In this document: in pieces, positions 1-12,976 of the stretch
Position numbering within the stretch: the stretch's first letter is position 1
Layout: the number at the start of each line of letters is the position of its first letter
Assembly: GCA_010909165.1 (NCBI GenBank)
Contig: MU008157.1
Location: 558,001 to 622,000 of the forward strand
Origin: Anthoceros angustus
Taxonomy: Eukaryota; Plantae; Anthocerotophyta
Direction of reading: 5' to 3'
DNA: 64,000 bases
The notes under the pieces: generated by a model
The model's input: the letters and a program-made list of their open reading frames with translations, nothing else
What the model was told of the DNA's origin: nothing
Database searches by the model: none
Translations under genes and position numbers: made by a program

Positions 1-1140
1 GTCCAAAACCGGATAGACAAGGAAGCCATATGGCAGGAATTAGGTGAACTGATGTACGTGAAGGGTTCCAGCACATCAATTCGAGATACAATTCGGGAGG
101 GTGAGAAACGGCAACCCGTGTTCGTGGGCTATTTCAGAACAACCTGGGGTGCACAACTAGGTTAGTCTATATCTCCAGCCTCATATTCTCCCTTTTCAAG
201 CTTGTGCACATACACATCTTCACAAGGCCTGTTTTGATTGCAGGCATATTCATAAAAAATGCCCGCATGCAGGGCAAAGACTGTGCCTCTACTATGGAGG
301 CATGACATCGGTTTTTAAAGCAGAAACTTAGTCTTATGAGGGCATCTCTTGTCTGCATTTAGTAGACTCAAGTGCATCAGTTCGAATTGCCTCCCATTAT
401 TGGTATGTGAACCATTGCAAAGAAGGAGGGTATGTGGTTAACACAGCCAAGGAGAAACTGGTGCACACTGCAATAGATGGGGCAACTCTGATTGAGGGTG
501 ATAATGTTACTTTGCCTTCCCCACCTTGTACCACAGCTTTATGCAGAAGTTCAACAGATGCCCATGTGACATATACAATTGAGAATACAGATTCCATGTG
601 GGCTACATGTGAGTGTGCTCAAGGGAGGAAAGGCTTTATTTGTAAACACATCGTAAAAGTGCAGGATATGCTTGGAGTGCTCTCATACACACTCCGGATG
701 AAACGTTAGTATACAGCAAAGAATGGTCTGGTAATTCAGGAGCCTGTAACGACTCTTGCTTTATGTGATAATAGAGAACAGGTGATGGAAAGCGTTTCGT
801 GCAACCTACAACCCGCTGTGGAGGGTACTTTATGTAACGAAGGTGGAACAGAAGATCAGATTCGCTTCCTGGAACAAGATTGCAATGCTATTGTGAATTT
901 GATGCACAAGAATAAGGAAGTCGTGGAGGATGCAGCACTTTTGGTGAAACGTACACTCATGGATGTCCAACGTTTGATTGCATATGAGCAGGAAATGCCT
1001 GCAGCACGGCAACCTCTTCAAGCATTCACCACCAACGAAGGAGACAAACATCGTCAGGACTAAGCCATTCTTCTCACCACCAAAGAAAAAGAAGAAGAGA
1101 GTGACTTGGAAGTTATCAGCAGACAAAGAAAACTAGCGTA
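1..1140 (+). pseudogene. SWIM zinc-finger, MULE-transposase-like gene, probably pseudogenised and 5'-truncated by the window edge
   Basis: ORF 407-709 contains CECAQGRKGFICKH (SWIM CxCxnCxH). Upstream frame reads STMEA*HRFLKQKL with an in-frame TGA at 303-305, followed by a frame change before SHYWY. Probable intron ~160-243 (GT...TTGCAG). Confidence 0.6.
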
Positions 1141-1770
1141 GGTGTAGGTGCGATGTAGGTCCCAGTAATGTCTCCCTTCAGATGCTGCAATTAATCAAAA
1201 ACTCAGTCTTGGTGATCGTCCTCTCCGCTCGTCTTGGTGATCCTCCTCTACGCTTGCCTCGGCGCCCCTAGCCGCATGCCCGAATGAACGTCGCCGACGA
1301 GTTCGACTTTGTATCAGGCAGTATCGCCACCAGATACGTGACGACGGAACTTGAATTAGTTCCCTTGTGGCCCCCGCTGTCAAGTGGGGCGACACGAGAA
1401 AGAGGGGTAGGGGAGAGGAAGGCCATGCTCATGGCATGGCATGTCGGTTCGCCTGGTATTTAGGCACTCGAGTTCTAGTACAGATTGGTTAGAACTAGGA
1501 ATCCATGATGATAACTACTATATTTTAGCTGGCTCATTATACTCCCTGCTTATTTGTCGCGCACGCTTCTTACCCAGTACCTAGAGTATTATCTACAGCA
1601 TGCAGCACTCTAGTATATCTAAAATGGCAACATGCCCAATTCCAACAAAAATTTTCAACGGAGAAGAACAATTTAGGAGAAAAACATTTTATCGAAACCG
1701 AAGGAGGTTCACGGTACCAGGATCATCGTGTCTCCATCGTGTACCAAGCGCTGCGAATGAAAGCGATTAG

Positions 1771-4700
1771 ATGGGGATGGCCGACCTGTCGTGCAGTGCC
1801 CAGAGTCTGAAACCTGCAACACACAGCAGGAATAGCACGTCCTGGATAAGGATACTCTGCGTACTCTTCATGTTACGGGATTGTCTACATCATGTCAGAG
1901 CTAGTACATCTGCTCTTCATTCTACACAGCCTTCTTCTGTGGTGCTGTCTGCTGTCACCTACGATGATATTAAAGTGGGACCGTACGATTGGAAATATTT
2001 CAGAGGTGAGCCTTCGGCGTTAAATCTTGGAATCTATGTACTGTTTCTGGGTGACGCAGATGGCAATCTGACTCTGCTTCTTATTTTTTTACTATCACAG
2101 CTGAGCTACCTGTAGGCTTCTCGTTGGTTTCTTTTCGATGGAGAAAGAAGTGGGATATGGTACAAGCTGAGACCTCCTTTGTTGAGCTAGGAATTTTGGT
2201 TCCTGAGATTCTGAAGATGACCCTTTTAGCTTTTCTTGCAGGTGGAGGCTCAAAGGAACAGGACAGGAGAAAGAGCACCCCTGGTATGCTTCCGATTTGG
2301 AGGACCACCAGTGCCAACACCAGGACGTCAGTTTCTTACCTTTCGCTGATAAGATGAGCTGGCTGAATCTTGCATCTTTTTGTGGCTTGGACCTTGTCAA
2401 CCTTCTCAACATATTGGAATTCAATTTATAATTGTGCTCCAGGATTGCGGTCTTGCAGTGGGATCCCTAATGATGGCAGCCGTTGCTGCTGGAAGGAGTC
2501 AGAATTTCTCGGACATGGGGAAATGTGCACTGTTTCAGGAAAGTGTTCAATTCAATCTCACAGACTTGCAGGTATTATTCCTTGGTTTTTGTTCTAGGGT
2601 TGTGACAATTGATGAGAACCTGTTTGTTGCCGTAAGAAACTTGATTCTGGTCAGAAGCTTCAATGTTGTGCCACAACAGGTGCTGTCTGGAGTTTTTTAT
2701 GTTGGAGTATTTAGCGATCCTAATCCAACCCGCACACAGTCACAAATGGTAGGTGATCTGCTCTTCAGGTGTATACATTTGTGAACTGCAACAGTGTCCC
2801 AACTAGTGATGGGAGTTGATGTGCAGATCTCTCGTGGAAAAGTATTTCCCTTCGAGCTACAGCTTGAGGTGGTTGGGTGTAAAGCTCCTTTGATTGGTCA
2901 GTTCTGCGATCTGGATTTGAGCAGGCTTGGCTTACAGCGTCTTCCAGCTAATTATGGAAAGGATTCTGTTCTGACGAGGCCACTGAATGGCTCATGGTTA
3001 TCTCTATCCATTCAGTGTGCAAAGTCTGGGGACTGGACCTTGTACGCTCTTCAGGTGACTGACACTGCATCAAAGTTGGAATTCAGGCTGGACGGCAACT
3101 CTACTTCCTGTCTTTCAAGTTATGTCAGATATGGTGCCCTCCCATACAACACCACTGGTAGTTATGTGCTTCACGATGCTGTACCATTGTCAATAGAATC
3201 ACCAAAAACTGGATGGTGGTATGTGGGCATCTTCACTGCAAACACATCTGAAAGTAGCAAACTGGGGAATGTTTCAACTCAATGTTGTTACAGTATAAAA
3301 TGGAGATTGCAAACATGTGAAGGCAGGAAAGTTGGTGCAGGTTGCGCGTGGAACCTAACAGCACTTGAGGTGAGTGCAGCAGACAGTCGTGCCCTCCCCC
3401 TAAAGGCTCTTACGTTACATATTTTGTCTCAACAGGAAGGGCAAAAAGGGAGCTCATATTTTTGAAAGAACTGAGTTATAACTTGTTGCACAACATGATC
3501 AAGTGGTGGTGACCTTGTGCCGGTCGGAGTAATTGAGTGATGTGGTCGACATCATGTCAACCAGTTGTCCGTTATGAGGGTTCAAAGCTACTTGCCAGGG
3601 CCACTAGCTGAACTGTCAAATTGCAGATGTCAAGTCAATGAACGCAGTAAGCTGAATTGCGGAATCTGAATCCTGTTTGGTTGTCTCGCAGCGGGTACTG
3701 GAGAAGAAAGACGAGTCTCCATTTGACTCATACTTTAGGCCAATCGGATCTGCAGCATTGATGGAGACCAAGTCTAGACGGTGGTTCTCATATCCTTTGG
3801 TACCCGCAGTAGAAACAGCTGACGCAAAACGTACTCCTGAGGCGTGGACATATTTTTATCTCAAGTTGCCACAGGGTACAGCTGGTTCAGTTCTGTCACT
3901 AAATGTTATAACACCAGCAGTTATGCCAGTGCTTGTTGTCGCTCGATTTGAAGGTCTGCCTACCTCAGACTTATGGGATTTTCGCGTTGCAAGTAGCCAA
4001 CTGAAAGGGGCTAACTCTTTTCTCTTAAGAAAGTCACAGTCAATGTCCATGAATCTTGATCTTGTATACCCTGCGGAAGGTGCCTGGTACATTGGAGTCC
4101 AAAGCTCTATTATGTCTACCACAGAGAAGAATGATATGTCGAGCATATCAGAGTCAGAGATAAAGATGCGTCTTCATCTTCACGGTTGCGTTGGTAAATG
4201 CTCAGGACATGGCGTCTGTGAGACCCAGTATGACGAGAGTCGATTACATTTTTACAGGTGAGTGCAAGTTTGGTACATCGAATCCTGTTTCACTAGACCT
4301 TGGAGAACACACTCTAAAGGATGACACTTTGTGGCGATGCTGTAGTTACTGCTACTGTGATCGAGCTCATGGCGGTCTTGATTGTTCTGTGGAGGTTCTT
4401 GCTCGTGGAGGTGAGTGTGTTACAGCCCTAAGAATTTGATGTGTGCAGGGAGTGATACTCTCAGATGAGCTCACGTCTTGGGCCTCGCTATACAGGACAG
4501 GCGCTACACATATTTACACTTATTGCATCCAATATAGCAGCACTTCTACCAAGTGTGTGGTCCCTTCAACAAAAAGTATGCTTCTTTCTGGGTTCTGTTG
4601 CAAGTGTAAGAGGTAGATGATGTAAATTTTGTACTTTGTGTTGGGATGATTTAAATCTGAAAATGTCGCGAAGGCATACTCGGAGTGGATTGTGTACACC

Positions 4701-5937
4701 ACTAGTGGCCTGTCGAGTGGTATTTATCATTCTTGTGATGCTGGAGGCTGGTGCGCATTGTCATACGACACTTTACAGGTATTTGTGTTTCACGTTGAAG
4801 TCACTGTTGCTGGTTTGTTCTCATGTTAAAGGATTTGAAAGTCTGGTACAACAAAACATAATTGACAGGTTTTGAAAGTTTCTGTTTGTCTTGCAGTTCC
4901 TGGACTTTTGGCTCTCATTCTTGGCAGTGGTCATCACATTTCTTTTTATGGCCGCATATGACGGTTCGTCAAAGGCACCAATGCACATTAGTGCCGCCAT
5001 CTTTACTGCAATGATAGCACACGAGAATGCTACAAGGTGAGGATAATTCAATTCTTTTAACGCAGCTGGAATGCAATCTGAGTCGGTTTGGTTTTGCTGG
5101 GTGAATCTGGAGAAAGAAACACGCAGAGGAGAGTATCTTTTCTGTCTAGTGCTATCAGGCTTATAAGGTCCTTCCTTGAACTGCAGTGCAACAAACATAG
5201 TGGTTGTCATGTTTATTGGCGCGGCTGGGCTATTAATGGGCTTTGCACTGGAGTCAGGGAGCCTTGAAAGGATAACCTCGATTTCCACTCGGTGGAGGTT
5301 CTTACAGAGTGCACGATGTTTCAGGTACGTAAGACATGAAATTTCTTGTTAATTAAATCATCAGTGACAGTGATTTTCTTAGTATCTTTCTCAGTACTGG
5401 CATTCCAACTTGGAGTGTCGATTCTTGCAGATGGCAAACCGTGAAATTTCGCTTGAAGGCATCCGTAGATATGCTACAAAAGAGGTTTCGATGGCAATAT
5501 ATTGTGATCGGGGTTGTTGGTCTGGTTGTATCATTCTTGAGTCTCATTTTTGAAACTGGTCAAACGTATTGGATTTGGCACAGGCAAGCGTATTGTCCAT
5601 TTTCAAACAGCATTTTCTTGGAACAAATTGAATTATTTGAAGATGTATCTACTTCAGAAATGGTTGGTTCTTTCATCTCTTGTGAGGTTGTGACCTGACG
5701 CCATTGCTATGGTGCTTGTGCAGTCTTTGGCACGTAAGTATATATTCATCAGCTTTCTGTTTCCTTCGATCAAGGATTTATGAAAAAGGCATGGAAGCTC
5801 AACTGGACGAGACGAATCCTGTTATGGGCGGTGACTTTTCTCCTCGCACCGTCCGTGGGAAGCTCCATAGCGAGAGGCGTGGTGGGTCCGATGAGGAGCT
5901 TGTGGAGCTGACTCACCTTGCGGATGTCGACGAGTAA
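1771..5937 (+). CDS. TMEM8: TMEM8/PGAP6-like multi-pass membrane protein with EGF-like domain (DUF3522 family), multi-exon
   Basis: Exon peptides VGPYDWKYFR, LVCFRFGGPPVP, GWWYVGIF, EGLPT, CSGHGVC...CYCDRAHGGLDCS (EGF-like), DFWLSFLAVVITF and LWHVSIYSSAFCFL. Short GT-AG introns (first 2006-2100). Stop TAA at 5935-5937. Internal exon boundaries not all resolved. Confidence 0.85.
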
Positions 5938-6296
5938 AACCGGCCCCGACTTTCTGAGTTTTCAACCCGGATGGGCCAGTCCGTCCTCATTCTCTTCTAA
6001 TTATAATTAAAGGCATTGTTTATTTCACAGTTTCAGGATCTCCACACTCTCGGAACCACCATGTTTGTGGGGGGATCTGAATGTGCGGGGCGAATTGAAA
6101 GAACAGAGTTTGTCAATTGAGCATGACGAAAGCATTAATTTGCGATTCCAAACTTGGATTACGGTGCCTCTCAGCTCCTACAATCGGTCCAGGTCAAAAA
6201 GTACACATATGAACAGTTTGGACAGCTTCCAGAAAGCTAAACCTTGTGTGGCCATTCGCCAGAAAACTTGAAAGCACACACAGGTGTGACAATTCG

Positions 6297-8113
<1,817 letters not shown>

Positions 8114-8257
8114 CCTGCCGCCACCTCCAAAAACCCACAGCGCCCTCTCCCCTCCAAACTCCAACCTTCTCCGCAGAAGAAGAGGAATAAGAAGATGAAG
8201 AAGAAGAAGAAGAAGAAGAAATTTCTATCAGAAGCTGCAGCCTTCTAAACCCACATC

Positions 8258-8427
8258 GAGAAGAAGAAACCCACTACCCCTCAAGAAGGAAACATTCCTT
8301 TCCTTCCTTTCACCGGAGAAGAAGAAACCCACTACCCCTCAAGAAGGAAACATTCCTGTCCGTCCTTTCACCGGAGAAGAAGAAACCCACTACCCCTCAA
8401 CAAGGAGACATTCCTTTCCTTTCACCG
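8258..8427. repeat. Three tandem ~58-bp units upstream of UGE
   Basis: GAGAAGAAGAAACCCACTACCCCTCAAGAAGGAAACATTCC... starts at 8258, 8316 and 8374. A (GAA)n tract lies just before it (~8194-8221). Confidence 0.9.
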
Positions 8428-9439
8428 AGATCCTGGAAAGGAAAAACACATCCTGTTCCTGTTCAGCGACTAGGGCTGGAAACAGCAGGTCCAATCCACC
8501 TCCGGAAACATGAATCCCGTTGCAGAATTCCGGCGGGTGGCTTCCGCCGCCAGCTTCCCAGCTCGGTGACCCGGCGCAGAAAAAGGACCACGGGACGCAC
8601 ATGCCAGGCTGCTTCCGGCGGGAGAGCTGGAATGGAGAGACGGAAGAACCGGGAGCGGCAACGGGAGCGTGAGAAAGGGAGGGGCGAGAGCGAGAGCGCG
8701 AGCGAGAGGGCGCACAGTAGCAGCAAGGAGGAGTGCCTCGGGCGAGGAGCGAATGACGATGGGACACCATTCCTGCCTGCAGATCAAACCTTCCTTTCAG
8801 GGGGCGTGGGCGTTGCTTCCATGCCAAGACGGACGTTCGGTCGGTCGGTCTGAGGTCAGCTCGTGGTTCTCGGCCACTCCAGGCTCTCTCTGTTTCCTCC
8901 TTTCTTCCCCAGGCGCCCCCGACTCACCTTCCCCGGACCCGGCCCCGCCCGGATAGCTACCCGCTCGCTTACCCGCCACGTCCTCCTGACGTGGACATCG
9001 CTTGTGCCACACTGAACAGCCAGGGTTGTCCGAGATCGGACGTACAGATCAACTGGACTCTGGGGGCTGTGGTCGCAGTGGCGAAGTTTGCAGACACAGA
9101 CTCCGTAGACATATCTTTGTCTGTGCCGGAACTTCCCCTTTTCTTGAAGTGGGCGTTGTAGCTAGAAACTGTGAGCATGCAATTGGTGCAGGCTCCTCTG
9201 GCCAAGCGCACTGCCGTACTAGGAAAAACCACGATTCACACCACTTGGCTCGCATTCAGATCCGCAAGACGAAGAGGATTGCTAGGAGGATTGCGGTAGT
9301 GCTATGCATGGAGAAGTTTCTCCTCCGCATGCCTCCATCACCTTCATGGCTGCATCACATGTTCATACATATGGATGTGCATCCCAGATATGTACATACA
9401 TGTATGCACATGTCTGGATGTGGTGATCAAGAAGAAAAA

Positions 9440-10040
9440 TGGGCATGAAGAAGAAGGACGTGGGTGGTCACCTTGTAACGTTGTATGAGGACTCGGAGCC
9501 AGCAGAAACCTCAACGATCGATGAGCTAGCCAGTCGGAATGGAAGAGATGCGAGTGACTTGCCCAGCGTGCCCTTTGGAGCTGGATTGTGGGTTGGGGCT
9601 TCACTCCATCGGTTCATCGGATGCTTATGCTACTCGTGCCTGGTTGCTGGGTTGTATTTCATTCAAACAGGGCCTCTTGGTGCAAGAGGAGAGGACCCGT
9701 CAAAGGGGCGGGATGGGAGGTGCAGCTCGGCGGGCCTGACATCGAGGTGCTCGTGCGAGCTGTTAGGAAATGATGAGGCCTCGACCTCAGCCTGTCCACG
9801 GGAAAGGGAATGTCTGGCAGGGGAAGGTGGGCGGCAGGAGCTTTTGTGGCAACAGTACTCTTGGTTTGGATAACAGACAGGGTGGGGGCTAGTCCCCCTA
9901 GACCTTTTGTGGCAACAGTACTCTTGGTTTGGATAACAGACAAGGTGGGGGCTAGTCCCCTGGCATGGTGCCCTTCGTTGGGTTTTTCCTTTGTTTTTGG
10001 GGTGGATGGTTTTTCCTATCTCTTTTTTATAATAAAGTCT
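9440..10040 (+). mobile_element. Possible decayed 3' end of a CRE-like (RLE) non-LTR retrotransposon
   Basis: VPFGAGLWVGASLHRFIGC weakly resembles the C-terminus of the elements at 22.8 and 31.9 kb. GGGGGCTAGTCCCCCT and ATAAAGTCT match their 3' tail motifs. Weak. Confidence 0.25.
9841..9961. repeat. Direct tandem duplication, 63-bp period
   Basis: CTTTTGTGGCAACAGTACTCTTGGTTTGGATAACAGACA(G/A)GGTGGGGGCTAGTCCCC starts at 9841 and 9904. Confidence 0.9.
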
Positions 10041-10169
10041 CTCGTTCTCTCATAAAAGACAAGATACAAAGAGCGACTTCCGGCATACGGGAGTCCCACG
10101 CCCATTTGTCGTCTTTGAATATGCGCATTGGTGGTTGTGAACCCACATCCCGCTGTTGTAACCGCTTCA

Positions 10170-10610
10170 GGCTCAAGCTTGCAGAATATACAAAGGGCAT
10201 CACTGCAGACATCGTGAGTCAACTATGTCAGCAGGGCCAGCTCACGCAGGCTGTGGAGGCTCTGGGAGTTCTGGTGCAGACGGACTGTCGTGTCTCTCGG
10301 TCTCTCTTCTATGCCGTCCTGAAACAATGTGTTGTTCAGCGGCATACAGCCCGCCAGCATCACGTTTCTCATTCTACCATCAGCGTGTAGTCATGTGGGT
10401 CTAGTGGACAAGGGGCGAGAGTACTTTGAGGCTATGAGGAGACACTATGAAATCACTCCCACGCTGGAGCGCTACACATGCATGGTAGATTTTTCATGGG
10501 GATGAGTCACTAGCTTTGGCAAGGACAATGCCTGCACTGCCTAATGCTGCAGTTTGGCACACTCTCTTGGGTAGTTGTTGAAAGTGAGGCAACGTGGAGG
10601 TATGACGTCA
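10170..10610 (+). pseudogene. PLS-class pentatricopeptide repeat (PPR) gene remnant
   Basis: N-terminal piece LCQQGQLTQAVEALGVL...SLFYAVLKQC is followed by YFEAMRRHYEITPTLERYTCMVD and, after a frameshift, MPALPNAAVWHTLLGSC* (last-repeat/E-motif signature). Contains stops and lacks the central repeat array. Confidence 0.7.
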
Positions 10611-11761
10611 TACTTTTCATGAAGCATTGAAGATGCAAATGAGGAGAATAGGCATTGGGGCACGGAAGCAGCCAGGCCAGGGCTGGTGGGCTGACATGGA
10701 CGGTCTGGTGCATATTTTTTTGTTGTTGGGGGTAGCAAGCATCGCGACAGTGCAGATATACATGCAAGGCTATTCAGCCTTCTTGCCGACAAGAAGAGAA
10801 ACGAGGTTCAGCAGCGCTTTTGAGCTCCGCCTTCCTCTTCACCCACCTGTGTCTCGTGGCATGCCAAGGTAAGCTATCCAATGCTCTGTGCTGGCTGGGC
10901 CAGCTGAACACCAGTCTCCCGCATCTGGAAGCCAGCACCAACATTTTGTTTCTTCCTTCACACCCCAGAGTGACACGTTTTTCCGGCCTCCCCTGAACAG
11001 TGCTCGAGTCAAGGGAGTGTACCCTAGCCCTCACGAGTCACCACATCCCCACACTCTCTCTCCTCTCTCTGGACAGAGCTCATTGCTCATTCCGAAGCGG
11101 GTTTTAGCTGGTCCTCTCTGTTTCTTCTCCATCCTGCTAGCCAATTTGGTGGGGGATGTTGTGATCACCTGCCATTGGTCATTCTCCCATATTGCCCATC
11201 TGTTGTGAGTGGTTGTCGGCATGGGTCAGAGACTTGCCTTGGATTTGAAGATTCGAGGATTATGGTGATCGATGCAGTGCTGGTGGGAACCATGTGACAC
11301 AGGAGGCTTCGACTACCCAGCAGGCCTGTCACTTCGACTGGTGCGTTATCGTCCTCAAGTACCACAAATAACGCTTCAAATTTTGCACCCACGCAAAATA
11401 TGAATGAGTGGGGTGTAAGTCCGAACCCTAAGATCGTACGCTCGCCTTGTGTCTCCGTCCGCGGAAGGAGATCGAGCAAAGTGTGTGCACTCGCATTGCA
11501 TTCGGGCGCTCTGTGAGACCTGCCGGAGGCCGAGGAAGGGGGTACACGAGCGTGGGACCCTTGGCTTTCCTTTGAAATGCTTGCCAATGCCAATGCCAAT
11601 GCCTGCTTCCCAGAATCCCGCCGTCCCGTGTGGGATGCTTTTGTCTGGACGTGGTTTTAGGCTTGATGGTGGACTGTAGCAGTGTATGTAGAGTGCGCAC
11701 TGTAGACGATCGGTTTATGTTGATACACCTGGTCCTGTCGTAACAGGCGGATCGGGGCACG

Positions 11762-12578
11762 ATGGCTTATGGGGGACTGTCTAAGCGGAAGATGGACGCG
11801 CTCATGTCCATGATCGCCGATCCAACAGTGGATCCTGCGCTGCAGGGGCAGCTCTCCAGGGTGGCGCACTTTTTGAGCTTCGATCCTGAGCGGCAGCAGG
11901 AGGAGCAGGACAGGAGGTGGCGGAAGCTGGCGGCGTATGTGGAGGCCTTGCCGGAGGAGCAGAAGCCTGCCACGATGGGAGGCCATCGTGACGTGCTTGC
12001 CAAGTTCGGGTAAAGTACCAAACTGTACAGCCTGTACAAAACTGTGCTCGGCTGTGGGGTGCCGTGATGTTGCTGGTGCCTGCTTTTGGTACCGTGTGAT
12101 TGGAGCCTTGCAGTCATGTAGAATTGTGCTGAGATGGAAAAAGATGGATGCCATGTGATTTTGCAGGTTCGAGTTGGTGGCTCCCATGCCGGAGGCAGAC
12201 CAATCCGTAGCGGGGCCATTCGGTGACTTCATGGAGCGGTTTGGAGTGCGCGGCCTGAAGATGAAGGACTCGTATGAGATGAAAGGCACGGCCTCGGACA
12301 GGGAGGCGAAAACCCGGTGAGTCGAGAACATGATGAGACTCGAGCAGCAGCCATGAAAGTGTGCACATCTCCGAGTCGAAGCTGGTGCTTTATATTACAA
12401 AAGCCTTGGTAGCTGACATGTAGCTTGTTGCTCTGACAGTTGCGATCACTGTAAAGCGGAGGGGGCCACCAAACGGTGTAAAGAGTGCGGGGAATGGTAC
12501 TGCTCACGGCAGTGCCAGGTTGCTGCATGGCGCTCGCACAAGCGGATTTGCAAGGTGGTGGCTGCTCAGCGCTTTTGA
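11762..12578 (+). CDS. Small three-exon protein with C-terminal MYND-type zinc finger
   Basis: Exon 1 11762-~12009 (MAYGGLSKRK...LAKFG, donor GTAAAG). Exon 2 ~12168-12317 (FELVAPMPEA...REAKTR, donor GTGAG). Exon 3 from ~12440: CDHCKAEGATKRCKECGEWYCSRQCQVAAWRSHKRICK...F*, TGA at 12576-12578. Confidence 0.75.
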
Positions 12579-12976
12579 GCTCGTCTTCCTCCCACCGCGC
12601 TTTTTTAAACTTCTCCCAAGGTGTGTACAGTTCGCCGGGAATTTGCCGCTTTGCCTCGAGGAAGGCGGCATGTTTCTCCCGTGGCGCCTTCCTCCCTGAA
12701 TCCTGGCTGGATAAACTGTGGCTCTACCGAGCAAAACTACATCGGAGGGCATTGTTATAGGAGACAGATAAAGACAGGTAGTAGTCACAGAGCCAGGACA
12801 TTCTGAATTTGGATTAGTCTTTCCGTACAGCTTTGGCGTCGTTCGAACGGGAAGGACACCTGGGTCCTGCAGCCTCCCGGAATTTGAAGGTAAACCGAAG
12901 AAACCTACAGGAGCCGCCAATATTGTTTCATGTATGGCCAGTTAGATAAGGAGGGATACAAAATTTGGAATGGGTG

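Noticed and set aside
9380-9420. Imperfect palindrome as a miRNA precursor
   Set aside because: Short, built from low-complexity CATG/TA repeats, and no recognisable mature miRNA.
8258-9961. Short direct repeats as a CRISPR-like array
   Set aside because: Units are contiguous without unique spacers, there are only 2-3 copies, the context is eukaryotic and there are no cas genes.
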